Shown: positions 47,884 to 59,207 of the stretch, piece by piece
Position numbering within the stretch: position 1 is the stretch's first letter
Layout: every line of letters starts with the position of its first letter
From: an uncultured Acidimicrobiia bacterium
GTDB taxonomy: Bacteria > Actinomycetota > Acidimicrobiia > Acidimicrobiales > Ilumatobacteraceae
Length of the DNA: 64,000 nucleotides
NCBI GenBank assembly: GCA_963739975.1
Contig: CAVUCK010000014.1
Span: forward strand, 77,128-141,127
Reading direction: 5' to 3'
Translations under genes and position numbers: made by a program
The notes under the pieces: model-generated
Seen by the model: the letters and a program-made list of their open reading frames with translations, nothing else
What the model was told of the DNA's origin: nothing
The model's database searches: none

Positions 47884-49686
47884 TCAGCTGAAGGTCAGGC
47901 CGGTGAACTCGCCGGATCGGCGCCAGCCGTCGAGGTACTGGAAGAACGCCGACGCGCCGTGCGGGTACCCGACGAACAGCTTCGCTGCCGGCCCGCGGTC
48001 CTGCCCCTCGTTGTTGTAGTAGCCCGGTGTGCAGTCGGGAGACCCGATCAGCGAGCCCGGGCCCGACAGCAGCAGCTCGATCCACGCATCCTCGGCCCCC
48101 TTGGTCACCTCGACCGCGTGGGCACCGTCGTCGAGGGCGTGGCGCACGACGGTGGCGATCGTGCGCGCCGACTCGGTCAGGTTGTGGGGCACGTTGGAGA
48201 TCAGGTTGGCCCCCTGCGTCGGCTGGACGATGAACAGATTGGGAAACCCGTGCACGTGGATGCCGTGGAGCGTCCGCATGCCGTCGGCCCAGTACTCCGA
48301 CAGTCGCCGGCCGTCGCGCCCCACCGGGTCATAGCCGGCGCGGCGCGTGTACTCGGTGCCGACCTCGAAGCCCGAGGCGTAGATGATGCAGTCGAGCTCG
48401 TACTCGCGGTCGGCCACGACCACGCCGGTCTCGGTGATGCGATCGACGCCCTTGCCGTCCGTGTCGACCAGGTGCGTGGTCGGCTCGTTGTACGCCTGGA
48501 GGTAGGCGTCGTGGAAGCACGGCCGCTTGCACAACTGGCGGTACCACGCCTTGAGCTGCTGCGCCGTCTCGGCGTCGGTGACGATCGCGTCGACGCGGGC
48601 CCGGATCTCCTCCATCTTCTCGAAGTCGGAGTCCTCGAACGCCCCCATCATCTTGTCGGGCGTCATGTCCTCCGGAGGCAGCGCCATGATCCGCGACCTG
48701 ATGCGCCGGGCCAGGTCGGTCCAGCCGTCCTTGACCAGGTCCTCCTCGGCGAACCCGCCGGCCTGGTTGGCCGTGAAGTTGTCCAGCCAGCGCTGCTGCC
48801 ATCCGGGCGACGCCATCTCGACGAACCACTGCGGGTCGGTCGGTTCGTTGGCCCGCACGTCGACCGACGACGGGGTGCGCTGGAACACGTACAGCTCCTT
48901 GGCCGCCCGCGCCAGGTGGGGGACGCATTGCACGGCGGTGGCGCCCGTGCCGATGACGCCGACGCGCTTGTCGTACAGGCGGTCCATCGGCGCGCCCGAC
49001 GGATCGCCGCCGGTGTAGTCGTAGTCCCAGCGGCTGGTGTGGAACGAGTGCCCGCGGAACGACTCGAGTCCGGGGATGCCGGGCAGCTTCGGGACGTGCA
49101 GCGGTCCGGTGCCCATGCCGAGGAAACGGGCCGTGAACTCGTCGCCACGGTTGGTCCGCACGACCCAGCGCGAACGAGATCCGTCCCAGTCGAGCCCGGT
49201 GACCTCCGTGTGGAACAGCGCCCGGTCGTAGAGGTCGAAGTGCTGCCCGATCCGGCGACAGTGCTCGAGGATCTCGGGCGCGTGCGCGTACTTCTCGGAC
49301 GGCATGTGGCCCGTCTCCTCGAGCAGCGGCATGTAGACGAACGAGGCGGTGTCGCACTGGGCGCCCGGGTAGCGGTTCCAGTACCACGTGCCGCCGAAGT
49401 CCCCGCCCTTCTCGATGATCCGGACGTCGTCGACGCCGGCCTCCTTCAGGCGGGCGCCGGTGACGAGCCCGGCGAACCCGCCCCCGATGAACGCCACCGT
49501 CACGTCATCGGTGACCGGCGAGCGATCGGTGATCGGCGTGTACGGGTCGTCCAGGTAGTGGGCGAGCTGGCCGGCGACGCGCACGTACTGGTCGTTGCCA
49601 TCGGGGCGCAGCCGCTTGTCGCGCTCGCGGCGATACTTCGCCTTCAGGGCGTCCTTGTCGATCTCGGTGACGTTGCTGGGTGCCAT
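47884..49686 (-). CDS. Baeyer-Villiger (type I flavin-dependent) monooxygenase
   Basis: ORF 47884..49686. FAD fold FIGGGFAGL, GGTWYWNRYPGAQCD, BVMO fingerprint FRGHSFHTSRWD, and a second dinucleotide fold VGVIGTGATAVQ. Confidence 0.85.
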   Translation of the reverse strand: MAPSNVTEIDKDALKAKYRRERDKRLRPDGNDQYVRVAGQLAHYLDDPYTPITDRSPVTDDVTVAFIGGGFAGLVTGARLKEAGVDDVRIIEKGGDFGGTWYWNRYPGAQCDTASFVYMPLLEETGHMPSEKYAHAPEILEHCRRIGQHFDLYDRALFHTEVTGLDWDGSRSRWVVRTNRGDEFTARFLGMGTGPLHVPKLPGIPGLESFRGHSFHTSRWDYDYTGGDPSGAPMDRLYDKRVGVIGTGATAVQCVPHLARAAKELYVFQRTPSSVDVRANEPTDPQWFVEMASPGWQQRWLDNFTANQAGGFAEEDLVKDGWTDLARRIRSRIMALPPEDMTPDKMMGAFEDSDFEKMEEIRARVDAIVTDAETAQQLKAWYRQLCKRPCFHDAYLQAYNEPTTHLVDTDGKGVDRITETGVVVADREYELDCIIYASGFEVGTEYTRRAGYDPVGRDGRRLSEYWADGMRTLHGIHVHGFPNLFIVQPTQGANLISNVPHNLTESARTIATVVRHALDDGAHAVEVTKGAEDAWIELLLSGPGSLIGSPDCTPGYYNNEGQDRGPAAKLFVGYPHGASAFFQYLDGWRRSGEFTGLTFS

Positions 49687-49776
49687 CAGGTCCGTCTCGA
49701 TAGCAGGCTCCTGCGCCGCTTCACAACGGCGGCCCGGAGAACCGCAGCGCGCCCGACGCCGTGCTGCTGCCCGCGG

Positions 49777-51987
<2,211 letters not shown>

Positions 51988-52254
51988 GGCGACTCCTGGC
52001 TCTACATCCACACCGGGCTCGCCGGCGCACGCCCGGGTGGGACGCCCGCTCGTTACCCGTTCGCGCCGCTGTCGAACACAACCCCGGCGAAACTGGGCGC
52101 CGGACGTGTCGGTTACCGTCGGCGGGAGGCGCCCAGATACGAGACCGTCACCAGCTGCCCGTTGTTCCATCGCCGACCACCTGACCCCCAACACAGGACT
52201 CGACTAGGTTCCACCGGGTCGTGCCGTTGCGCCGGTACGTGATGGGGGGAGACG

Positions 52255-54282
52255 ATGACGATCGACATTTCGACCCTTCCGGTGCGGTCACCCGCTCAGC
52301 TGCGCTCATTCGTCGCCGGTCAACGCGTCCGAGCGCTGCGCAGGCCAGACGGCGTCACCGAACCGAACCCGCCCGAGGACAGCGGCGACGACTACTGGCG
52401 GTTCCTGCGGCGCCGCACAGCACTCGAAGGGACGTGCCTCCTCTACCAGACGTATGACGCCTCCGGCGACGAGAACGACTGGAACCTCAACATCGCCCCG
52501 GATGCTGCACACGCATGGCTGCTCGACCCCGGCCTTCTCGTCGCGCTCGGCCGCATCCGGGTCGTCGGAGCCGACGACGCCCTGCACGGCGAGTTCACCG
52601 ATGACGGACTGCCGATCGGTCCAGGTGAGATCTTCGGGGCTGGAGGCGAGAACCAAGGTCAGGGACCGACCTGTGCGGCGGTAGGCGTGTACGGCGTGTT
52701 CTGTGGCGACTTCGGCCATGGTGGCCGCCCGGAGATCCATCCGTTCGATGCGTTCTGGCGCCGCTACCACCAGCCCGCGTCAAATCGCGTCAATTGGGAT
52801 CTCGGTGTCTTCCAAGACGACTCCGACCGCTTCAACGACGATTGGTCGAAGCCTCCGATCGACGTCGAGCTGAAGGTGCCGTTCTGCGTGGACTTCCCGG
52901 TGACGATGGCCCGCCCGACGTCGGTCGAGGTGACGTTCGTACTGCGCAAGAGCCCACGCTGCGGCGTCATCGCCAAGAACACCGTGTCGAGCGGTGTCGC
53001 AGCGGTCGCCGAGGACTTCACCGGCCGGACCGTCGGGCTTGTGCGACCAGCACTGAACCGTCTGACGATCAACGTCAGGGACCAGACCGGGCTGGCCGGG
53101 CGACCGTTCCGGCTCGCCATCACCGACGTGCACCGGACCTCGTCGGGGGGACGGCTGCCGGTGCGCAGATCGGTGTGGCTGTCGGGCGTCCTCGCCATTC
53201 GCGTCGCCGTCGGGCAGGACGGGTTCGCGTACTGGAACGTGAGCGGACCGAACAGCACCTCCGCCGCCACCGCGCCCGACCCCGAAGAGGTCGTGATCGG
53301 ACCCGTGGGGCCGGTCGTCGCCACGCCGTCCGCCCCGACCGCCAGGCGGGCGCCGGGTCCGTCGATCCGACTCGTGGAAGCGCGACCGGTTCCACGGGAG
53401 CAGTTCAGCGCGGTCGTCGTCCACGAGGCGGCCGACGGACGGCGTGGGGAGGCGATCGCCCGCCCACGACAGGACACGCTCGTGGACCTTGGCGACCGCC
53501 GAATCTCGTTGGGATCGTTCGACCTGTTCGCCCGGGCCCGGCCGATGCGCCAGAACGGCGCCGGCACCACGACCTCCTCGGCCCGGCTCGACGTCTCCCC
53601 GGCGATCGCCGAGCTCGGCGGCGCTGAGTTGGCGAACCGGCTGCGGCCCGTGATCGCCGAACTGGAGGTCGACGATGTGGTGCGCTTCGACGTCATCACA
53701 CGCTGCGCGCCGTACCGCAACGGAGCAGCGTTCGGGGAGGAGCGTTCGGCGCTGTCCGACATCCTGACGGCAGGACTCGACGAGTCTGAGATCGATCTCA
53801 CGTTGCACCTCGGCCGGCTCATGGGGCCTGCTGGCGAGGTCGTCACCAGTGACGGCGCAACGGAAGGGCTGGTGACGGTCGAAGCGCCGTCGCGCCCGAC
53901 GCGACGCGGTGTCGCTCGTGTCGTGCGCCTCGGCCCGTTCGGCTCCGAGCCGATCAGTGTCGCGGTCGACGGTACGGTCGTCGGTCCTTCAGGCCTGACG
54001 AGCGGGTTCCGAGCCCACGTCTGCAACTACCGCGTCGTGTCACCCCGAGCGTGGGTCGAACAGTCGATGGGCACGTCGAGCGCCGAGTGGCTCGATCGGG
54101 CGGCGCGACTGTCCGCCGAGGCGAAACTTCAGCCCAGCGACATCCGGGTGAGCAGGGCGGGCGTGGCGAGTGTGGTCGCCGAGACCTTCGAACGGCTCGA
54201 TGCGGCGCCCTCCTGGACCGCCCGGCAGGTGGCCGGCGCGGCCAGTGTGGTGGCACGCGCCGAGCATCTGATCGGCATTTGA
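52255..54282 (+). CDS. orphan 675-aa hypothetical protein with no recognisable domain
   Basis: ORF 52255..54282. Composition is balanced (W, Y, F, D and N all present), whereas both antisense ORFs are Arg/Pro/Ser junk. No signal peptide or TM helix is seen. More A/T-ending codons are visible than in neighbouring core genes. Confidence 0.5.
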   Translation: MTIDISTLPVRSPAQLRSFVAGQRVRALRRPDGVTEPNPPEDSGDDYWRFLRRRTALEGTCLLYQTYDASGDENDWNLNIAPDAAHAWLLDPGLLVALGRIRVVGADDALHGEFTDDGLPIGPGEIFGAGGENQGQGPTCAAVGVYGVFCGDFGHGGRPEIHPFDAFWRRYHQPASNRVNWDLGVFQDDSDRFNDDWSKPPIDVELKVPFCVDFPVTMARPTSVEVTFVLRKSPRCGVIAKNTVSSGVAAVAEDFTGRTVGLVRPALNRLTINVRDQTGLAGRPFRLAITDVHRTSSGGRLPVRRSVWLSGVLAIRVAVGQDGFAYWNVSGPNSTSAATAPDPEEVVIGPVGPVVATPSAPTARRAPGPSIRLVEARPVPREQFSAVVVHEAADGRRGEAIARPRQDTLVDLGDRRISLGSFDLFARARPMRQNGAGTTTSSARLDVSPAIAELGGAELANRLRPVIAELEVDDVVRFDVITRCAPYRNGAAFGEERSALSDILTAGLDESEIDLTLHLGRLMGPAGEVVTSDGATEGLVTVEAPSRPTRRGVARVVRLGPFGSEPISVAVDGTVVGPSGLTSGFRAHVCNYRVVSPRAWVEQSMGTSSAEWLDRAARLSAEAKLQPSDIRVSRAGVASVVAETFERLDAAPSWTARQVAGAASVVARAEHLIGI

Positions 54283-54466
54283 ATGGCGGCGGTGGAGCGA
54301 GGCACGAGGTACCGGACGTGATGCACCAGCGCACCAGGTCGGAGATGGCCGATGGTCTGGCTCCGTGGTCGAGTCCCGGCTTGGCGATCGGGGGACCGCG
54401 GCGGACGGTGTGCCGCGCCGTCACCGTTGTCGCCATGGGCGACGCGTTGTCATGGGCTGGCCGGCG

Positions 54467-55969
54467 ATGTCGTTGATCGTGCCGCGGTGGGAGTGGCGGA
54501 CGTTCGGGGCGCCGTTCGGTGCGGCTGAAGAGGTCGTCGCCCGGTTGACACCGACGGGCGTGGAGGAAAGTGACGAGCTGTACCTGTTGTCCGAGGAAGA
54601 TGACAACGTCAAGGTCCGCGCCGACCTCATCGACATCAAGGCGCTTCGGGCCGTTGACCGTCATGGCCTTCAGCAGTGGGAACCCGCTCTCAAAGCCGCC
54701 TTTCCGCTCAGCGCCGCGAACGTCGCGGCCACGTTCGAGGCTCTTCGTGTGCCGCTCCCGACAGCCGCCCTGAACGCGTACTCGCTGGATGAGCTCCTCC
54801 AGGAGCTCGAGCCCGGCGCGGCGGTCCGGCCCGAGTCCGTCCACAAGCGACGGGTGCGCTACAAGCTCGAGGACTGCCTGGTCGAGCTGACCGACATCGC
54901 AGTCGGCGACCTCCACACCCGCACCCTCGCCATCGAGTCCGAAGACCCGGCCGCCGTCTGGGCCACGGTGACCACGCTCGGACTCGCCGATCGCGTCAAC
55001 ACGAGCGTGCCTCGCGGGCTGCTCGCGCTCGTCAGCGACGAGCGCCCCCGGTACGCGGTGATCGACGTCGGCACGAACTCGGTGAAGTTCCACGTCGGCG
55101 AGCAGAACACTGACGGGACGTGGCGGAGGGTGGTCGATCGGGCCGAGTTGACCAGGCTCGGCGAAGGGCTGGCGCGGTCGGGGACGATTTCTCCTGCCGC
55201 GGTGGAGCGCACGACGGCGGCGATGGCCGGCATGGTTGAGGAGGCATGGCACCACCACGCCCAGGCGATCGTGGCGGTGGGCACGGCCGGGATGCGCTCG
55301 GCCGGCAACCGGGACGAGGTCGTGGCGGCGATCGAGGCGGCGACTGGGATCACCGTCGACGTCATCTCGGGCGAGGAGGAGAGCCGGCTGGCCTATCTCG
55401 CCGTGCGTGCCGACCTGGGGTCGGACGAGGGCGCCCTCGTGGTCTTCGACACGGGGGGTGGCAGCACCCAGTTCACGTTCGGCGACGGCGCCGAGGTCGG
55501 TGACCGCTTCAGCGTCGAGGTCGGCGCCGTGCGCTACACCGAGCGCTTCGGGCTCGACGCGGCGGTGTCGACCGAGACGCTCCACGCCGCCATGGACGCG
55601 ATCGCCTCGGATCTCCACCGGCTGGAAGGGAGGCCGGCGCCCGACGCGATCGTCGGCATGGGTGGTGCGATGACGAACATCACCGCGGTGAAGCTCGGCC
55701 TCGAACGGTACGACCCCGACGCCGTGCAGGGGGCGATCCTGGATCGTGCTGACATCGACCGCCAGATCGAGATGTACCGGACCCGCGACCTTGACGCCCG
55801 TCGCACGATCGTCGGGCTCCAGCCGAAGCGGGCCGATGTGATCCTTGCCGGGGCATGCATCGTGCGTACCGTGATGGAGATGCTGGGACAGCACACGGTG
55901 ACGGTGAGCGACCGCGGCCTGCGCCACGGTCTGCTCGGCGAGCGCTTCGGGGCGTCGGCGCGTCAGTGA
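54467..55969 (+). CDS. CYTH-like domain fused to a Ppx/GppA phosphatase
   Basis: ORF 54365..55969 trimmed to ATG 54467. N-terminal ~185 aa: PRWEWRTF...HKRRVRYKLEDCLVELTDIAVGDLHTRTLAIESEDP (CYTH-like strand pattern). This is followed by YAVIDVGTNSVKFHV...VVFDTGGGSTQF (the Ppx/GppA ASKHA fold). Confidence 0.68.
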   Translation: MSLIVPRWEWRTFGAPFGAAEEVVARLTPTGVEESDELYLLSEEDDNVKVRADLIDIKALRAVDRHGLQQWEPALKAAFPLSAANVAATFEALRVPLPTAALNAYSLDELLQELEPGAAVRPESVHKRRVRYKLEDCLVELTDIAVGDLHTRTLAIESEDPAAVWATVTTLGLADRVNTSVPRGLLALVSDERPRYAVIDVGTNSVKFHVGEQNTDGTWRRVVDRAELTRLGEGLARSGTISPAAVERTTAAMAGMVEEAWHHHAQAIVAVGTAGMRSAGNRDEVVAAIEAATGITVDVISGEEESRLAYLAVRADLGSDEGALVVFDTGGGSTQFTFGDGAEVGDRFSVEVGAVRYTERFGLDAAVSTETLHAAMDAIASDLHRLEGRPAPDAIVGMGGAMTNITAVKLGLERYDPDAVQGAILDRADIDRQIEMYRTRDLDARRTIVGLQPKRADVILAGACIVRTVMEMLGQHTVTVSDRGLRHGLLGERFGASARQ

Positions 55970-56000
55970 CGCGGATCGCTGACGACGGACCCTTGTCAGG

Positions 56001-57755
56001 TCAGCCTTGGTCCACGTCGGGTGAGGTACGCCTGAGCTCGTCCCCGTCCGATGAGCTCATGTGGGCCTCGACCGCTTGGGCCACGCTGAGATAGGAGCCC
56101 TCGTCACCTAGGCGCTCGACGACACCGTCACGGCGCAGAACCTCCCGGACGGTAGGTTTCACGCGGGCCAAGCGGAGCGTGACGCCGGCCTGCTCGGTGA
56201 GGGCGAGGATCTCGTGCATCTTCGCCGACCCCTGAGAGTCGATGAAGTCGACGGCCACGAAGTCGAGCACGATCCCACGGATGTCCGGAGTCGACAACGC
56301 GACCTCCCGGACGCGGTCCTCGACGGCGTCGGACGTCGCGAAGAACAGGCCCCCGTCGAGCCGGAGCACCACCAGGCCCGGGAACTGCTCGTCTCCCGGG
56401 TTCTCGTCCAGCTCGCGGAAGTACTGCGTCTCCGGATCCCGCCCCAGCAGCGGCATCGGGGGACGTGTCGCCACCGAGATCAGCCAGATCAAGGACAGCC
56501 CGATCCCTACCATCACCCCGGCGAGCACACCCAGCAGGAGGGTCCCGGCGATGGCCGCCACCGCGATCCAGAAGTCGAACGGCTGCACCCGCAGGAGGCG
56601 GCGCATCTCGGGGACGTCCATCATCCCCATCACCACGGCCTCGATGATCAACGCCGCGAGCACCGACTTGGGCAGGTCCGAGAACAGCGGCGCGAGGAAG
56701 AGGAGGGTGAGGATGACGATCAGGCCGGAGGTGATCGAGGCGAGGCCCGTTCGTGCTCCGCTGTGGTCGTTCAACGAGCTGGCCGACAGGCTCGTCGAGA
56801 CGGGCATCCCCTGTACGAGGCCGGCACCGACGTTCGCCATGCCCTGGGCGACCGACTCCTGGTTGATGTCCACGCGATAGCGGTGCCGGGCGGCGAACGT
56901 CCTGGAATCGCCTGCCGTCTGGGAGAAGCCGATCAGGACGAGCGCGACGGCGGCGAGGGCGACCGTCCCGGCATGGTCGCCGAGCACTCCGGTGTCGGGG
57001 ATTTCGAACGACGGAAGGCCTCGTGGCACCTCACCCACCAGGGCGACCCCTCGAGCGGCGAGATCGAACAGCCGGGACGCCAACAGCCCGCCGACCACCA
57101 AGACGAGCGCACCCGGGATGGCGGGCGCGATGAACCGCAGTCCGAACACGACCGCTAGCGCGGCTCCGCCGACCAGCACCGTGGCCAGATCGACGTCCCC
57201 GAGATTCCGGAACCACGACCCGAGCTCGCGCAACGAGTTCGAGCCGCTCGCCTCGGTCCCGGTGAGCTTCGGCAGTTCACCGATCACGACGTCGATCGCC
57301 GCTCCGAACAGGAACCCCGTGACCACGGCCCGCGAGAGGAACTGCGCGATCCACCCCATCCGCAGCACCGCGAGCACGAGGAACAGCGCGCCAGAGGCGA
57401 GGGTCATCAGGGCGACGAACGACGCGATGTCATCGGTCCCCGTGATCGCGGCTACGGCAACCGCGCTGGCAGCGACGGCCGCCAATCCCGAGCTCGGACC
57501 GGTCGAGATCTGCCGACTGGTCCCGAAGATCGGATAGAGGATCGCACCGGCCGCCGCGGCGTAGAGGCCGTTCTGCAGCGGGATCCCCGCTATGCCCGCG
57601 TAGCCGAGGTTCTTCGGCACGATCAGGGCGGCGACGGCGAACCCGGCGATCAGGTCACCACGCAGCCAGCGCCGTTGGTAGGAGCGGATCCAGCCGACGA
57701 TCGGCACCAGGCGCCATCGGTCCCGGCCACCAGCTCCGTCCCCCTCGACAGTCAC
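56001..57755 (-). CDS. SulP-family anion permease with a C-terminal STAS domain
   Basis: Tail of ORF 56001..58034. Motifs: LRGDLIAGFAVAALIVPKNLGYAGIAGIP, ISTGPSSGLAAV; the C-terminal STAS is LVVLRLDGGLFFATSD...IVLDFVAVDFIDSQG. The start at GTG 57755 is uncertain. Confidence 0.85.
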   Translation of the reverse strand: MTVEGDGAGGRDRWRLVPIVGWIRSYQRRWLRGDLIAGFAVAALIVPKNLGYAGIAGIPLQNGLYAAAAGAILYPIFGTSRQISTGPSSGLAAVAASAVAVAAITGTDDIASFVALMTLASGALFLVLAVLRMGWIAQFLSRAVVTGFLFGAAIDVVIGELPKLTGTEASGSNSLRELGSWFRNLGDVDLATVLVGGAALAVVFGLRFIAPAIPGALVLVVGGLLASRLFDLAARGVALVGEVPRGLPSFEIPDTGVLGDHAGTVALAAVALVLIGFSQTAGDSRTFAARHRYRVDINQESVAQGMANVGAGLVQGMPVSTSLSASSLNDHSGARTGLASITSGLIVILTLLFLAPLFSDLPKSVLAALIIEAVVMGMMDVPEMRRLLRVQPFDFWIAVAAIAGTLLLGVLAGVMVGIGLSLIWLISVATRPPMPLLGRDPETQYFRELDENPGDEQFPGLVVLRLDGGLFFATSDAVEDRVREVALSTPDIRGIVLDFVAVDFIDSQGSAKMHEILALTEQAGVTLRLARVKPTVREVLRRDGVVERLGDEGSYLSVAQAVEAHMSSSDGDELRRTSPDVDQG

Positions 57756-57872
57756 AATCGCCGGCACTGTACACAGGCCGGTCCTCGCGGCGGATCGTCC
57801 GATGCGCGTGCACGGTGCCGGCCATCCGCTCGTGCGACCGCAGCAACCCGTGCCGCGTTCGAACCTGCTTGC

Positions 57873-58250
57873 CGCAGGCCGCCCGTGACGCGACGGTCCG
57901 CACCCAGACCTCGGAACAGCGACAGACTGGCTGAGTTCGACCCGTTGAGCCTGCCGAGGAGGCCGCGATGCTCGCCTACGACTATCCGTTGCTGGGGATC
58001 TTCTGGTCGCTGGCGATGCTGTTCTGGTTCGCATTGGTCGGGTTCGTTGTGATCTACACGTTCATCGACAACTTTCGGCGCTCGGACCACGGCGGCCTGG
58101 CGAAAGCCGGGTGGGCGCTGTTCATCATCGTGCTGCCACTGCTCGGGGCGCTGATCTACATCCTCGCCCGCCCGGAGTTGAGAAACCCTCCGCCTCGCCC
58201 GGCCGTGTGACCCTGACGGCGCCACCGCGCGGCCCAGGCACAAACCTCGT
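57873..58250. repeat. segmental direct repeat, copy 1
   Basis: 57873-58184 is identical to 58567-58878 (312 nt, offset 694). About 60 further nt are similar but degenerate. Confidence 0.85.
57968..58210 (+). CDS. PLD_N-type (cardiolipin-synthase N-terminal-like) small membrane protein, copy 1
   Basis: ORF 57968..58210, with GAGGAGG 6 nt upstream. Two TM helices; WALFIIVLPLLGALIYILARP is the PLDc_N signature. Confidence 0.6.
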   Translation: MLAYDYPLLGIFWSLAMLFWFALVGFVVIYTFIDNFRRSDHGGLAKAGWALFIIVLPLLGALIYILARPELRNPPPRPAV

Positions 58251-58566
58251 CGTCTCGCCGAGCGTGAGCAACTCCCCCTGCGGACGACCCAACTGGGACC
58301 TCCTCGGTTTGTCATGGGACGCCGAGGAAATGACGCCTCCGGACCGGCCGGTTGAGCGGCGACGGGACGGCGAACGAGACGCGCCGACGTGACGGCAGCG
58401 GCGCGGATTGCGGAGCACCCAGACTCCGTCGAGTTCGAGATGCGCCGGCATGCCGGGCGCTGGCTGGGCTGGTCGGTCTCGCCGTCGCCGCCGAGCTCAC
58501 GGGGGTGGTCGAGGACCCGTGTCGCCGAGGCGCATCGTGCCGGACTCCCGTCGACCGACCAGCGTG

Positions 58567-58940
58567 CGCAGGCCGCCCGTGACGCGACGGTCCGCACCCA
58601 GACCTCGGAACAGCGACAGACTGGCTGAGTTCGACCCGTTGAGCCTGCCGAGGAGGCCGCGATGCTCGCCTACGACTATCCGTTGCTGGGGATCTTCTGG
58701 TCGCTGGCGATGCTGTTCTGGTTCGCATTGGTCGGGTTCGTTGTGATCTACACGTTCATCGACAACTTTCGGCGCTCGGACCACGGCGGCCTGGCGAAAG
58801 CCGGGTGGGCGCTGTTCATCATCGTGCTGCCACTGCTCGGGGCGCTGATCTACATCCTCGCCCGCCCGGAGTTGAGAACCCTTCCCTCGGCCGACCGTGT
58901 GACCTGACGGCGCCACCGCGTGGCCCAAGGAGGAGCTTTT
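58567..58940. repeat. segmental direct repeat, copy 2
   Basis: See copy 1. It includes the same 95-nt leader, RBS and first 72 codons. Confidence 0.85.
58662..58907 (+). CDS. PLD_N-type small membrane protein, copy 2
   Basis: ORF 58662..58907. The first 72 aa are identical to copy 1; the tails differ (...ELRTLPSADRVT versus ...ELRNPPPRPAV). Confidence 0.6.
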   Translation: MLAYDYPLLGIFWSLAMLFWFALVGFVVIYTFIDNFRRSDHGGLAKAGWALFIIVLPLLGALIYILARPELRTLPSADRVT

Positions 58941-58977
58941 CGTCTCGAGCGCGTCGCTCGACCGACGGCGCTTCTCG

Positions 58978-59078
58978 ATGAAGCAGATCCACATCTTCCG
59001 GGTCGCCGACGGCAGGGTCGCCGAGCACTGGGCTGGCGGGACGACCTCGGCATGATGCGGCAGCTCGGTTTCATCTGA
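58978..59078 (+). pseudogene. C-terminal remnant of a SnoaL-like ester cyclase
   Basis: MKQIHIFRVADGRVAEHWAG is followed, after a frame change at about 59037, by RDDLGMMRQLGFI-stop. This matches only the last ~35 aa of the family; there is no upstream body. Confidence 0.35.
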
Positions 59079-59207
59079 CCGCGAGATCTCGTCGCGCTTC
59101 GAGCGCCGTGGACATCGACCCGGTGTGTCGTCGTGGACTCAATCGCACTCCCCACCGCCGAACCGCGGTACTCAACGCCGGACCACGACACGTTGAGTGG
59201 TGAGTAC

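Noticed and set aside
53954-55927. 657-aa minus-strand ORF
   Set aside because: It is antisense to the CYTH-Ppx/GppA gene. It is Arg/Pro/Gly-rich with no recognisable domain.
57850-57870. GCGTTCGAACC, which resembles a tRNA T-loop; also a general scan for tRNA, rRNA and tmRNA
   Set aside because: No flanking complementary T-stem or acceptor stem could be drawn. I found no convincing structured RNA gene anywhere in the window by eye. A dedicated tRNA or covariance-model scan would be needed for certainty.
58251-58566. ORFs in the spacer between the two PLD_N repeat copies (for example 58389..58628 + and 58125..58451 -)
   Set aside because: All candidate frames are Arg/Pro/Ser-rich and overlap one another, with no motif or RBS. 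The spacer was left unannotated.
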